Shown here piece by piece: positions 52,019 through 59,863 of a stretch of 64,000 bases of DNA. Position 1 is the stretch's first letter; every line of letters begins with the position of its first letter. Source of the DNA: Patescibacteria group bacterium (GTDB taxonomy: Bacteria; Patescibacteriota; Patescibacteriia; Buchananbacterales; UBA6539); NCBI GenBank assembly GCA_028688055.1, contig JAQTYZ010000002.1, forward strand, positions 68,256 through 132,255, written 5' to 3'. The translations under genes were made by a program, and so were the position numbers. The notes under the pieces were generated by a model. It saw only the letters and a list, made by a program, of their open reading frames with translations. It was not told the origin of the DNA and ran no database searches.

Positions 52019-52032
52019 AAAAATTTTATTAA

Positions 52033-52066
52033 AATAAAAACCCCTGTGTTGCAGGGATTTTTATTT
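52033..52066. terminator. Bidirectional terminator
   Basis: AATAAAAACCCCTG..CAGGGATTTTTATT. Confidence 0.75.
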
Positions 52067-52080
52067 ATGAAATCTATAGA

Positions 52081-52161
52081 CTATCTCTTTTTTTTCTTAG
52101 CTGCCTTTTTCTTAGGAGCTTTTTTTGCTACTTTCTTTTTTGCTACTTTCTTTTTTGCCAT
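52081..52161 (-). CDS. 26-aa Lys/Ala-rich histone H1-like mini-protein
   Basis: MAKKKVAKKKVAKKAPKKKAAKKKKR; SD AAGGGGGTGA; terminator downstream. Confidence 0.8.
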   Translation of the reverse strand: MAKKKVAKKKVAKKAPKKKAAKKKKR

Positions 52162-52390
52162 TTGGTATCACCCCCTTCCAATTGTATTGTTTACAAAATT
52201 TTTTTTGTTATTTTATAAACTTTTTATTTTCTATAACAATTTATTTAATTATAAAACTTTTTTTGACAAACAACAATATTTATTTTATAAAACTGTGGAT
52301 AACTTTAAAAAATATTTTATGAAGACGACTTTGATTTTTATTTTTTTCAGCAAGGATTTATGCCCTAATTAGACTTGAAGCTATTATCCG

Positions 52391-52792
52391 TTAATCCGAG
52401 TTGGCTAGCTGGTCTTCCAGCACCTTAATTTCTTCCTCTAATTTTTTTATTGTTGTTTCATAATTCTCTACATTACCGCCATAGCCAATGGCCGATCTCT
52501 CATGCTGAGCCATACCCAAATCAGATTTTGCTTTGGACAGTTCATTCCTTTTTTTATCAAGTATTTGTTGAAGATTAAATTGAAGATTTGTCGTAACATC
52601 CACTGTTGGTTTATCAACATTTTGTTCTTGCGTATTGGCTGGATTTTGATTATTGTCCGCCAGGGGACCATTAATGTTTTTATTTTGGTCACTCAATCGT
52701 TCGGCTGTTTTGCCAAAGGCAAAACAGGCCACAACTACGACCAAGATGAAGATGACAATTCCAAAAATAATGTTTAGAGTCTTTTGGTTAAT
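52391..52792 (-). CDS. Single-TM coiled-coil protein; start uncertain (ATT at 52792 or TTG at 52744)
   Basis: Frame extends upstream to INQKTLNIIFGIVIFIL without an ATG. Confidence 0.55.
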   Translation of the reverse strand: MNQKTLNIIFGIVIFILVVVVACFAFGKTAERLSDQNKNINGPLADNNQNPANTQEQNVDKPTVDVTTNLQFNLQQILDKKRNELSKAKSDLGMAQHERSAIGYGGNVENYETTIKKLEEEIKVLEDQLANSD

Positions 52793-52878
52793 ATTGTTTT
52801 AAAATTAATTAATATCTTAGTAATGAATTTAAAATTTTTTTACCATGAATTCTAATCTAGACTAAAGTGTCAATTTTC

Positions 52879-52930
52879 TTTAACGCCAACTTCGTTTTGA
52901 AGTTACTCAAAATCAGAATGTAAGACTCTA
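52879..52930. repeat. 52-bp direct repeat, copy 1
   Basis: One mismatch to 53940..53991; internal TTTTGA/TCAAAA inverted repeat. Confidence 0.9.
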
Positions 52931-52961
52931 AAAGGTTGGTCGAGTAATCTCAGTTTTTTAA

Positions 52962-53306
52962 TTAATGCGGAAACAAAAATTCGCCAACAATCATAAAAAT
53001 CCAAAATAACCCAACTAAAATGGCCGGGACAAATCCGATCCATAATACCCAGGACCGCTCGCCAAGTCTGTACGCACGAATCGCTGTTATCAGTGCGGCG
53101 ACAGAAATAATTAGTGCTAATAATCCGGTGATAAAACCCATCGTCGCTCCGGTAGTCTCATTGCTAATATTATCTATGATCGGACGAATAATCGCAGCAA
53201 AAATACCTAGGGCTGGAAAAATTAAAAGTGTACTCACCCCTAGCCACATCGCCTGCCAGGCAGTTTTGGTTTTTGGTGTTTCATTAAATTTGCTGACTAT
53301 GTTCAT
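52962..53306 (-). CDS. Three-TM membrane protein (cassette gene)
   Basis: Hydrophobic; GERSWV..GEFLFPH. Confidence 0.75.
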   Translation of the reverse strand: MNIVSKFNETPKTKTAWQAMWLGVSTLLIFPALGIFAAIIRPIIDNISNETTGATMGFITGLLALIISVAALITAIRAYRLGERSWVLWIGFVPAILVGLFWIFMIVGEFLFPH

Positions 53307-53314
53307 ATTTCTGG

Positions 53315-53383
53315 TGTAAATATAAGTAGTCTATTGTGGCTTTGGTGTACCTCATTCGTCCTAGTTCGAATTAGATAGTTGGG
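53315..53383. repeat. Cassette junction (att-like) element
   Basis: TGTAAATATAAGTAGTCTATTGTGGCTTTGGTGTAC plus degenerate right arm. Confidence 0.75.
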
Positions 53384-53405
53384 TAATTTTCAAATTACGC
53401 CCACC

Positions 53406-53828
53406 CTAGGCGTCAATAAAGTTTGTTTTCTTAAGAAAATTTTCTATTTGTTTAATGTGCGGCGGGAAAAGCTCTGGCGGTAGTTCATTGAGCTTAAACC
53501 ATTTCCATTCTTCACATCGGTCAGGTTCTTTTAGGGTAAGTTCACCGTCTGTATTTTGAGCAGTAAACCCTATCTGTAGGTAATGCTGATTGCCGCTTCG
53601 ATCATTAACGACATTCGCAAATTCAAAATTATTTGCCTGTAGTCCGGTCTCTTCCATTAGTTCTCGTGCGGCAGCGTCTTCCATCGCCTCGCCCGTCTCA
53701 AGATGACCACCTGGCAAACCCCACGTACCAGCCCCATAAACACCCTTTCTTTTTCCTAAAAGAAGCTGGTTGTTTTTTACAACAAAAACGTTGATACCGA
53801 TATGAAATGTTTGATATGTATCTTCCAT
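53406..53828 (-). CDS. NUDIX hydrolase (cassette gene)
   Basis: GGHLETGEAMEDAAARELMEETGL; EPDRCEEWKW. Confidence 0.93.
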   Translation of the reverse strand: MEDTYQTFHIGINVFVVKNNQLLLGKRKGVYGAGTWGLPGGHLETGEAMEDAAARELMEETGLQANNFEFANVVNDRSGNQHYLQIGFTAQNTDGELTLKEPDRCEEWKWFKLNELPPELFPPHIKQIENFLKKTNFIDA

Positions 53829-53841
53829 AGATATAGATATG

Positions 53842-53890
53842 TGTAAATATAAATAGTTTAAAATGGATTGGACCCGAGCGGGTTTGAGCT
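53842..53890. repeat. Cassette junction with degenerate tRNA-Ala 3' copy
   Basis: Left arm plus TGGACCCGAGCGGGTTTGAGCT (18/22 identical to 57289..57310). Confidence 0.8.
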
Positions 53891-53939
53891 CTCACTCCCT
53901 GGTAGACAGATGCTTTTGGTGGAACAAGTCTCCATTTTT

Positions 53940-53991
53940 TTTAACGCCAACTTCGTTTTGAAGTTACTCAAAATCAGAATATAAGACTCTA
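53940..53991. repeat. 52-bp direct repeat, copy 2
   Basis: Matches 52879..52930. Confidence 0.9.
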
Positions 53992-54019
53992 GCTAATTGT
54001 CTCTAATAAATCGAAACGT

Positions 54020-56173
54020 CTATTGATAAGTTATCTGCACTCTAGCATGGCTACCAGTTCGCTCTAATAGTTTTATCTTAATATCTGTCCCAGGCCAAAC
54101 CAGGTGGGTTTCTCCGTCTACCGGAATTGTATGTCGATAAGAAGAAACGAAAAGATTATTCGGATCGCTACCAAGATTATTATTGTAGCTATAAAACCAT
54201 TGCTCACCAGCTACTTGGTTTGCCACTCTACCAGTCAATTCGCCGGCACTCAAACGTATGCCATTACCAATGTAGTCGTCGCCACCATTAAACCAAGAAG
54301 GAGCCTCAACAACAGTTTTTTTATTTGGGGCTATTAAATAAACAAAATCAGTGAATGTTTTATCAAAATCTAAAATATAGTTGCTCCCATTCCATCTGTT
54401 ATTGTTTGGTGAAGTAACTAAAACTTGCAATATCAATGGTTTATTAATGTCAGAAGTAAAATCGTCATTATCACTATACAAGTCATAAACCCCTGAACTG
54501 GTAACCATAGTAATTTGACCACTCTTTAACCATCCTAAGGAAGCTCTTTCTAGTGGATCATACCAATTACTGCCTAAATACGGACCCATAGACTGATAAA
54601 ATGGCCCCAGAAACCTTCCTCGCAAAATATCAGGCGCGCAATTTACAAAAATATGTTCATATTTTACTTCAGATGATCCAATAGAATCCGGACAATAAGC
54701 ATTCAACTCTGCATATGCATTAGATAATCCAATGCCATGACCCAGTTCATGCATTATTAGTCCAGTCGTGGTTTGCAGATTATGAATAGTGGCTCCCGGA
54801 CCACAATATAAGCATGCCGGTGAAGGTGATACGCCCTGAGCTCCTGTAAGCCATATTGTCGGATTTGATAAAGAATCAAGGGTTGACTTATAGTAACTAA
54901 AAATTGTCCAGTCAAAATATTGGCGGTAATTAGATCCATCCGCCCCAAGAGATTGTAAGATATTTTTCTGGAGATCGGAAGATTCTATCGACGTTGAGTT
55001 TAGAGGATAATACACTTCTTTAATAAGATAGCTCATTTTTAATTGGCCATTGGACATATTAGAAAATAACTGCGCTAATTTGTCCAAAACCAGGGGACTG
55101 AAATCTCCATAAGGATCCGCGGTGGGCTGATATGCCTGGCTATTTCTTATCTTCAAAAACCAACCAGTTTTATTGCCAATCCATGGCCTGATGTGAAACC
55201 GTGATAACAGGACTGGCTTAATTTGAGGAGTAGCCGTTCCCGTAATATGCCAACTCATGCGATATTGCTCCTGGCCACCACTTTTAACGGCCACAAATTC
55301 ATCACCCAAATTTTCATCATATAAATTATTACTTAAAAAAGGCGCATTACTATATTTGCTTATCGTTGGGCAAATAAATCCTGCCGGGAGATTTGAGCAT
55401 TGCACATTTCCCAACACCCACTGTAAATCTTTAGCGCTATCAAATGAAACGTGAGACGTGACCGTAAATGATGGGTCTGTTGCTGAAGTACCGACCAAGG
55501 TGAGATCAGCCTGATGAGGTCCGTATGGATTTGATAATGCTAATATATTAGAAGGCGTTTCAGACATATAAACATCTACAGTCTCATCAAAAGCATTTGA
55601 CAAATTTGAATTTGAGCACGCCCCATCATTACAGCCATTAGGACAGTTATATTTCCAGCTATTAATCATTTTTTTGGCAGTGGCGCCAGTCGGCATCCAA
55701 TATTTAGTAAATGAAGAACTAAAGTTGGCAGAGTCAAGAATAAAACTCTCTTGTAAGCGGCAATTGGTATCCTGCGCGGTACAAGAGGAAACAGCAGTTG
55801 GTTGGCAGGAACCGCCGGTACAGACATCTTTCATGCATTTATCAGCTATAGCTACTTTGCCAGTACCTTTAACGCATTGCGCGGTACTTTTGGTGTAAAC
55901 ATCAAAATATTTAGTTTTACTGATATCGCCGTTATAAGTTTTAAAAGATGCGGGGTTAACAACGGCGTTCGGATCAAGGCTATTGGCCGTCTCAGCTGTT
56001 TCCGAACAAGTCCAATAGTCATTAGCCGCCATTATTCCGACAACACCAGTTGCCATACTGACGCCAAAAGTTGCCAATACTACAAAGCCACAAATTAGGC
56101 TAATACCAAAAAACACTGTTTTGTGAACAGCAATTTTTTTAGTAGTTATTGTTTGCCAAGGAATTCTGGCCAT
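54020..56173 (-). CDS. Secreted Cys-rich protein with an HExxH zinc-metallopeptidase motif (cassette gene)
   Basis: N-terminal TM; CPNGCNDGAC; MHELGHGIGL; ERASLGW. Confidence 0.75.
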   Translation of the reverse strand: MARIPWQTITTKKIAVHKTVFFGISLICGFVVLATFGVSMATGVVGIMAANDYWTCSETAETANSLDPNAVVNPASFKTYNGDISKTKYFDVYTKSTAQCVKGTGKVAIADKCMKDVCTGGSCQPTAVSSCTAQDTNCRLQESFILDSANFSSSFTKYWMPTGATAKKMINSWKYNCPNGCNDGACSNSNLSNAFDETVDVYMSETPSNILALSNPYGPHQADLTLVGTSATDPSFTVTSHVSFDSAKDLQWVLGNVQCSNLPAGFICPTISKYSNAPFLSNNLYDENLGDEFVAVKSGGQEQYRMSWHITGTATPQIKPVLLSRFHIRPWIGNKTGWFLKIRNSQAYQPTADPYGDFSPLVLDKLAQLFSNMSNGQLKMSYLIKEVYYPLNSTSIESSDLQKNILQSLGADGSNYRQYFDWTIFSYYKSTLDSLSNPTIWLTGAQGVSPSPACLYCGPGATIHNLQTTTGLIMHELGHGIGLSNAYAELNAYCPDSIGSSEVKYEHIFVNCAPDILRGRFLGPFYQSMGPYLGSNWYDPLERASLGWLKSGQITMVTSSGVYDLYSDNDDFTSDINKPLILQVLVTSPNNNRWNGSNYILDFDKTFTDFVYLIAPNKKTVVEAPSWFNGGDDYIGNGIRLSAGELTGRVANQVAGEQWFYSYNNNLGSDPNNLFVSSYRHTIPVDGETHLVWPGTDIKIKLLERTGSHARVQITYQ

Positions 56174-56181
56174 AAATTTTC

Positions 56182-56250
56182 ACTGAATAGTTATAGGCTA
56201 AAATTTATTTAATGGACATCGTCCGAGCCAGCTGGAACCAAGTTATTGAG
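56182..56250. repeat. Cassette junction (att-like) element
   Basis: Right arm 56213..56250 is 33/38 identical to 56645..56682. Confidence 0.85.
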
Positions 56251-56608
56251 GCTTTGCTTGTTTTTCAACAAACTGAACCTTGTTTCCGTCTGGGTCTAAA
56301 ATACTAAAATTTTTGCCCCAATCCTGAATAACCAATTCCTTGTGGATTGAAACATTTTTTTGCTTCAAATTTTCGTACAGATTTTCAATCCCACTCTCTA
56401 AAGAAACAAAAACAGTTTGAGCTCCTGGTATTTCCCGTTCTTCATTTTTTAGTTTGATCCCAAGACGAGCATTATTTGGAAAAATAAAAGCGACGTATTT
56501 GTCGCCCTGCTGGTATTCAACGGTAAAATCAAGAATGTCCTTATAAAACGAAACAACCTTCTCAATGTCGTTGCTATAAAATACTGCGCTGTCTAATTTC
56601 ATATTCAT
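56243..56608 (-). CDS. VOC/glyoxalase family protein (cassette gene)
   Basis: DIEKVVSFYKDILDF; WGKNFSILDPDGNKVQF. Confidence 0.9.
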   Translation of the reverse strand: MNMKLDSAVFYSNDIEKVVSFYKDILDFTVEYQQGDKYVAFIFPNNARLGIKLKNEEREIPGAQTVFVSLESGIENLYENLKQKNVSIHKELVIQDWGKNFSILDPDGNKVQFVEKQAKPQ

Positions 56609-56613
56609 ATTAA

Positions 56614-56682
56614 CGTAGATATGCGTAGTTTAAAATAAATTTGGTGGACATCGTCCGAGCCAGTTGGGGCCAGATTATTGAG
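56614..56682. repeat. Cassette junction (att-like) element
   Basis: Left arm plus ATTTGGTGGAC identical to the tRNA-Ala end, plus right arm. Confidence 0.88.
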
Positions 56683-57250
56683 TCTCTGCTAAAATTTTCA
56701 GAACCACATCACGCAACTTTTCAAACTTCACGTAGCCAGCTTTCTTATTGAAATGCCCTGCATTCGGTACAAAGGAAAGCTCAACGCCAAGATTCTTTGC
56801 AAGTTCTTTGCCGTTTTCTAATCCAACATAGGGGTCATCATCAGACTGAAAAACTACAAAGTGTTTAGCTTTTCCCTTAATCTTGTCCCAATCAAAGGTA
56901 AAACCACTAAAACTACTGTCTCTGTCATAGTTTGCAATAGGGCGAACCCCAATCGGAGTTCCTATGAAGAACGCTGCTTTAACTGGATGTTTTAACTTTT
57001 CTAATACACGCAAAGTGAAAATGCCACCCAAACTATGCCCGATTAGGAAGGTATCTTCGTTGATATACTGCTCATAATTTTTAAGAACATCAAACCATTC
57101 GGATATTTTTGCAGGAACTATTAGTGGCGAAGGGAACTGTGGTACACGCACCTCATATCCTCTTTGTTCCAATTCCTGTTTCATCCACGGAAACCAATTT
57201 TCTCCAGGGTAACCTTCTGTGCCGTGAAATATGAAGGCGTTGTTTTTCAT
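56675..57250 (-). CDS. RBBP9/YdeN alpha/beta hydrolase (cassette gene)
   Basis: HG..NWFPW, GHSLG, SDDDPYV, AGHFN. Confidence 0.92.
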   Translation of the reverse strand: MKNNAFIFHGTEGYPGENWFPWMKQELEQRGYEVRVPQFPSPLIVPAKISEWFDVLKNYEQYINEDTFLIGHSLGGIFTLRVLEKLKHPVKAAFFIGTPIGVRPIANYDRDSSFSGFTFDWDKIKGKAKHFVVFQSDDDPYVGLENGKELAKNLGVELSFVPNAGHFNKKAGYVKFEKLRDVVLKILAETQ

Positions 57251-57285
57251 AGATATTTGTAGATACGAATAGTCTAAAGTGGATT

Positions 57286-57362
57286 TGGTGGACCCGAGCG
57301 GATTCGAACCGCTGACCTCCTGCTTGCAAAGCAGGCATTCTAACCAGCTGAACTACGGGCCC
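57286..57362 (-). tRNA. tRNA-Ala(TGC)
   Basis: GGGCCCG/CGGGTCC with G3:U70, CCTGC-TT-TGC-AA-GCAGG, CCA. Confidence 0.97.
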
Positions 57363-57440
57363 CCTGTTTAGCCACTGGCAAATAGTTGATCGCAAGTAGT
57401 TATTAATTATTTGCTCTCAGCTATTTACTAACAGCTAATT

Positions 57441-57698
57441 TTATTTTGCCAAACCGCCAAAAAAAGCGTTAAAAAATGCCAGTAACACGACGTTAATTAA
57501 ATTAGTCACTATCATAAAACCAATAATGCTAATCAGGACGCCAATTAATTTATAGGCTAAGCGGCTGCCACCTTCGGTACCGAGATATTTTTCCGCTGAC
57601 GGTATGCCACCAAAATTTTGATAAATCCACTCGGCTTTGATGGTGATAATCGCGCCAGCAACGGCAACAATCAACCCTAAAATTATTTTTCCCAACAT
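57441..57698 (-). CDS. Small two-TM conserved-looking membrane protein
   Basis: FGGIPSAEKYLGTEGGSRLAYKLIG. Confidence 0.75.
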   Translation of the reverse strand: MLGKIILGLIVAVAGAIITIKAEWIYQNFGGIPSAEKYLGTEGGSRLAYKLIGVLISIIGFMIVTNLINVVLLAFFNAFFGGLAK

Positions 57699-57712
57699 AT
57701 AAAAAACTCCAA

Positions 57713-57786
57713 TGGACGATGTAGGATTCGGACCTACGGCCTTCTCGGTGTAAACGAGACGCTCTAACCAGCTGAGCTAATCGTCC
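57713..57786 (-). tRNA. tRNA-Val(TAC), no CCA
   Basis: GGACGAT/ATCGTCC, TCTCG-TT-TAC-AC-CGAGA; T-loop TCCGAAT. Confidence 0.93.
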
Positions 57787-57797
57787 TTAGATCCAAA

Positions 57798-57881
57798 TGC
57801 GGACGAGAGGACTTGAACCTCCACGGCCTTGCGGCCACAGCCACCTCAAGGCTGCGCGTATACCAGTTCCGCCACGTCCGC
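57798..57881 (-). tRNA. tRNA-Leu(GAG), no CCA
   Basis: GCGGACG/CGTCCGC, CAGCC-TT-GAG-GT-GGCTG, long variable arm. Confidence 0.95.
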
Positions 57882-57893
57882 CCAATTTTGGCT

Positions 57894-58277
57894 TTAATTT
57901 ATTTTAGTTTCCTTCAATCTTTTTTTAGAGGTTCGGAGGTAGTAAAGTTTTGCTTGTCGAGTTTTGGCCTGTTTGATTGGCTCGATTTTCATGACATTCG
58001 GTGAATGAAGGGGAAATATTTTTTCCACGCCAATACCGTCCGAAACTTTTCTGACCGTAATGGTGGCGCCTGGTTGCAGGCCATGCTTATGGGCAATAAT
58101 AATGCCTTCATAAACCTGAATTCTTTTCTTTTCACCCTTGGGACCTTGTTCACTGATTAACTGGTGAACTTTTACCGTCATCCCAGTTTTTAATTCAGGC
58201 AACGCCGCCCGTTCCATTTTACTTTTTTCCGGCTTAGTCTCCTTGTCTGAAGCCTTCTGTTTTTTATCTGCAGCCAT
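57894..58277 (-). CDS. rplS: 50S ribosomal protein L19
   Basis: [40 protein letters not shown]. Confidence 0.97.
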   Translation of the reverse strand: MAADKKQKASDKETKPEKSKMERAALPELKTGMTVKVHQLISEQGPKGEKKRIQVYEGIIIAHKHGLQPGATITVRKVSDGIGVEKIFPLHSPNVMKIEPIKQAKTRQAKLYYLRTSKKRLKETKIN

Positions 58278-58338
58278 ATTTTTGCTTAAAGTTTAAAAAA
58301 TTAATACCTAACAACTATAATCTAAAACGATCCAAAAG

Positions 58339-58917
58339 TCAACCCTCTAAATTAAGCTCTTTTTCGATCAGCGACTTTACTTTTTCAATCGTTTCTTTAA
58401 TTTTGCCCTCATCGTTGATAACCACGTGGTCATACCTCTTGGCCAGTGACAGTTCCTTTTTAGCATTAGCGAGCCGTAACGCTAAAATCGCTTCAGGCAT
58501 TTTTTCTCTTTTTTTAATATGTTTAACCAAATCGATAAATGATTTTGTTTTGAGAAAAATCAAAATCGTTTCCCTGGGCATTTTTTCTTTTATTTGTAAG
58601 GCGCCTTGAACGTCGATGTTCATTAGTAGGCTTCCTTTTTGTAGCTCTTGTGAAACCACCGCCGAGTCCGTGCCGTAGAAATTATTGTGAACAATGGCCC
58701 ATTCTAAAAATTCGCCGTTGTCGATTTTATTGCGAAATTCTTGTTCGGAGACGTGAATAATTGTCTTGTCTTCTTTCTTGCCCAGCCGCATTGTGCGCGT
58801 AGTGTAAGTCACGGTGGTTTTTAAAAAAGGCAATTTTTTTAGAATGCCTTTAGCAACCGTGGTTTTGCCAACGCCGGACGGGCCGGAAATAATGAAAATT
58901 TTATGATCTTTTTTCAT
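58339..58917 (-). CDS. gmk: Guanylate kinase
   Basis: SGPSGVGKTT, TTR, FLEWAIVHNNFYGT, IDVQGA. Confidence 0.95.
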   Translation of the reverse strand: MKKDHKIFIISGPSGVGKTTVAKGILKKLPFLKTTVTYTTRTMRLGKKEDKTIIHVSEQEFRNKIDNGEFLEWAIVHNNFYGTDSAVVSQELQKGSLLMNIDVQGALQIKEKMPRETILIFLKTKSFIDLVKHIKKREKMPEAILALRLANAKKELSLAKRYDHVVINDEGKIKETIEKVKSLIEKELNLEG

Positions 58918-59863
58918 TTAAAAAATCGTTTAAAATTTTTGGCAGGGGAGCGGTAAACTCTTGCCAATTATTAGTTAAGTCGTTAAAGCCAATTTTTTGC
59001 GAGTGCAGAAAAATGCGGCCCGGATCAACCACTTTAATCCGCCGCCGTAAAAAATTAAAAATTTCTCTTTTGGGTTTATAAATTTGGTCACCTAAAATTG
59101 GGTGGCCAATTGCCGAAAGATGAGCTCGAATTTGATGAGTCCGGCCGGTTAAAATAGTGACCTCCAGCAAGCTGTAATCTTTTAAGTATTCTAATACTTT
59201 ATATTTGGTTTTGGCAACCTTATCTTTGGCGTCCAATTTAAGTTGATGGCGCCAGGGGTGGGCGACAAATTGTCCATCCTTATTACGACCAATTGGCAAA
59301 TCGATTTCGCCTTGGGTTTGTGGTAGCCGGCCATAGACTAAAGCCAGGTATTCTTTTTTAACTTGCCGATCCTTAAATTGTTTTTTTAAATGATCGTAGG
59401 CCGCTTGATTTTTGGCAATCGCCATTACCCCTGAGACATCTCGATCCAGCCGATGAATGATGCCATCCCGATTTTTTTCTTCACCAACGCCGGCAATCTC
59501 CGGATATTTTTTTAACAGCCAACTGACCAAGGTATTTTTTTCAGCTTGGTTAGTGGCGTGAACCAGTAAGCCGGCCGGTTTTTCAACAATTAAAAAATCT
59601 ATTTCGTCGGCAATTATTTTTGGCTCTAACATTACCGTCGGGCGCGCTTTTACTATGGGCGGTTCGATTTTTGTCACTTCGACAAAGGATATCTCGTCGT
59701 CAATTCTTAAGAAACGATGAACGTTAACGGTTTTACCGTTAACTAAAACCCCGCCATTTTTAATCAACTTTTGGATTTGCGAGCGGGTTTGGTTTTTTAA
59801 TTTTTCCGTCAGGAATTTATCTAAACGATCGCCATTATTAGCCTCCGCGATTTTGTAGTTCAT
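58901..59863 (-). CDS. rluD: RluA-family pseudouridine synthase with S4 domain (RluD-like)
   Basis: RLDKFL, KPAGLLVH, HRLDRDVSG, TGRTHQIR. Confidence 0.9.
   Translation of the reverse strand: MNYKIAEANNGDRLDKFLTEKLKNQTRSQIQKLIKNGGVLVNGKTVNVHRFLRIDDEISFVEVTKIEPPIVKARPTVMLEPKIIADEIDFLIVEKPAGLLVHATNQAEKNTLVSWLLKKYPEIAGVGEEKNRDGIIHRLDRDVSGVMAIAKNQAAYDHLKKQFKDRQVKKEYLALVYGRLPQTQGEIDLPIGRNKDGQFVAHPWRHQLKLDAKDKVAKTKYKVLEYLKDYSLLEVTILTGRTHQIRAHLSAIGHPILGDQIYKPKREIFNFLRRRIKVVDPGRIFLHSQKIGFNDLTNNWQEFTAPLPKILNDFLNEKRS

Noticed and set aside
52046-52372. Phe-rich plus-strand ORFs
   Set aside because: Antisense shadow of the Lys-rich mini-gene and AT-rich intergenic DNA
52962-57250. Classical integron attC sites
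   Set aside because: Junctions lack RYYYAAC...GTTRRRY boxes and long imperfect palindromes; the shared core is the tRNA 3' end instead
57714-57722. GGACGATGT shared in inverted orientation between tRNA-Val and the cassette right arm
   Set aside because: Only 9 bp and in the wrong orientation for an att duplication; likely chance
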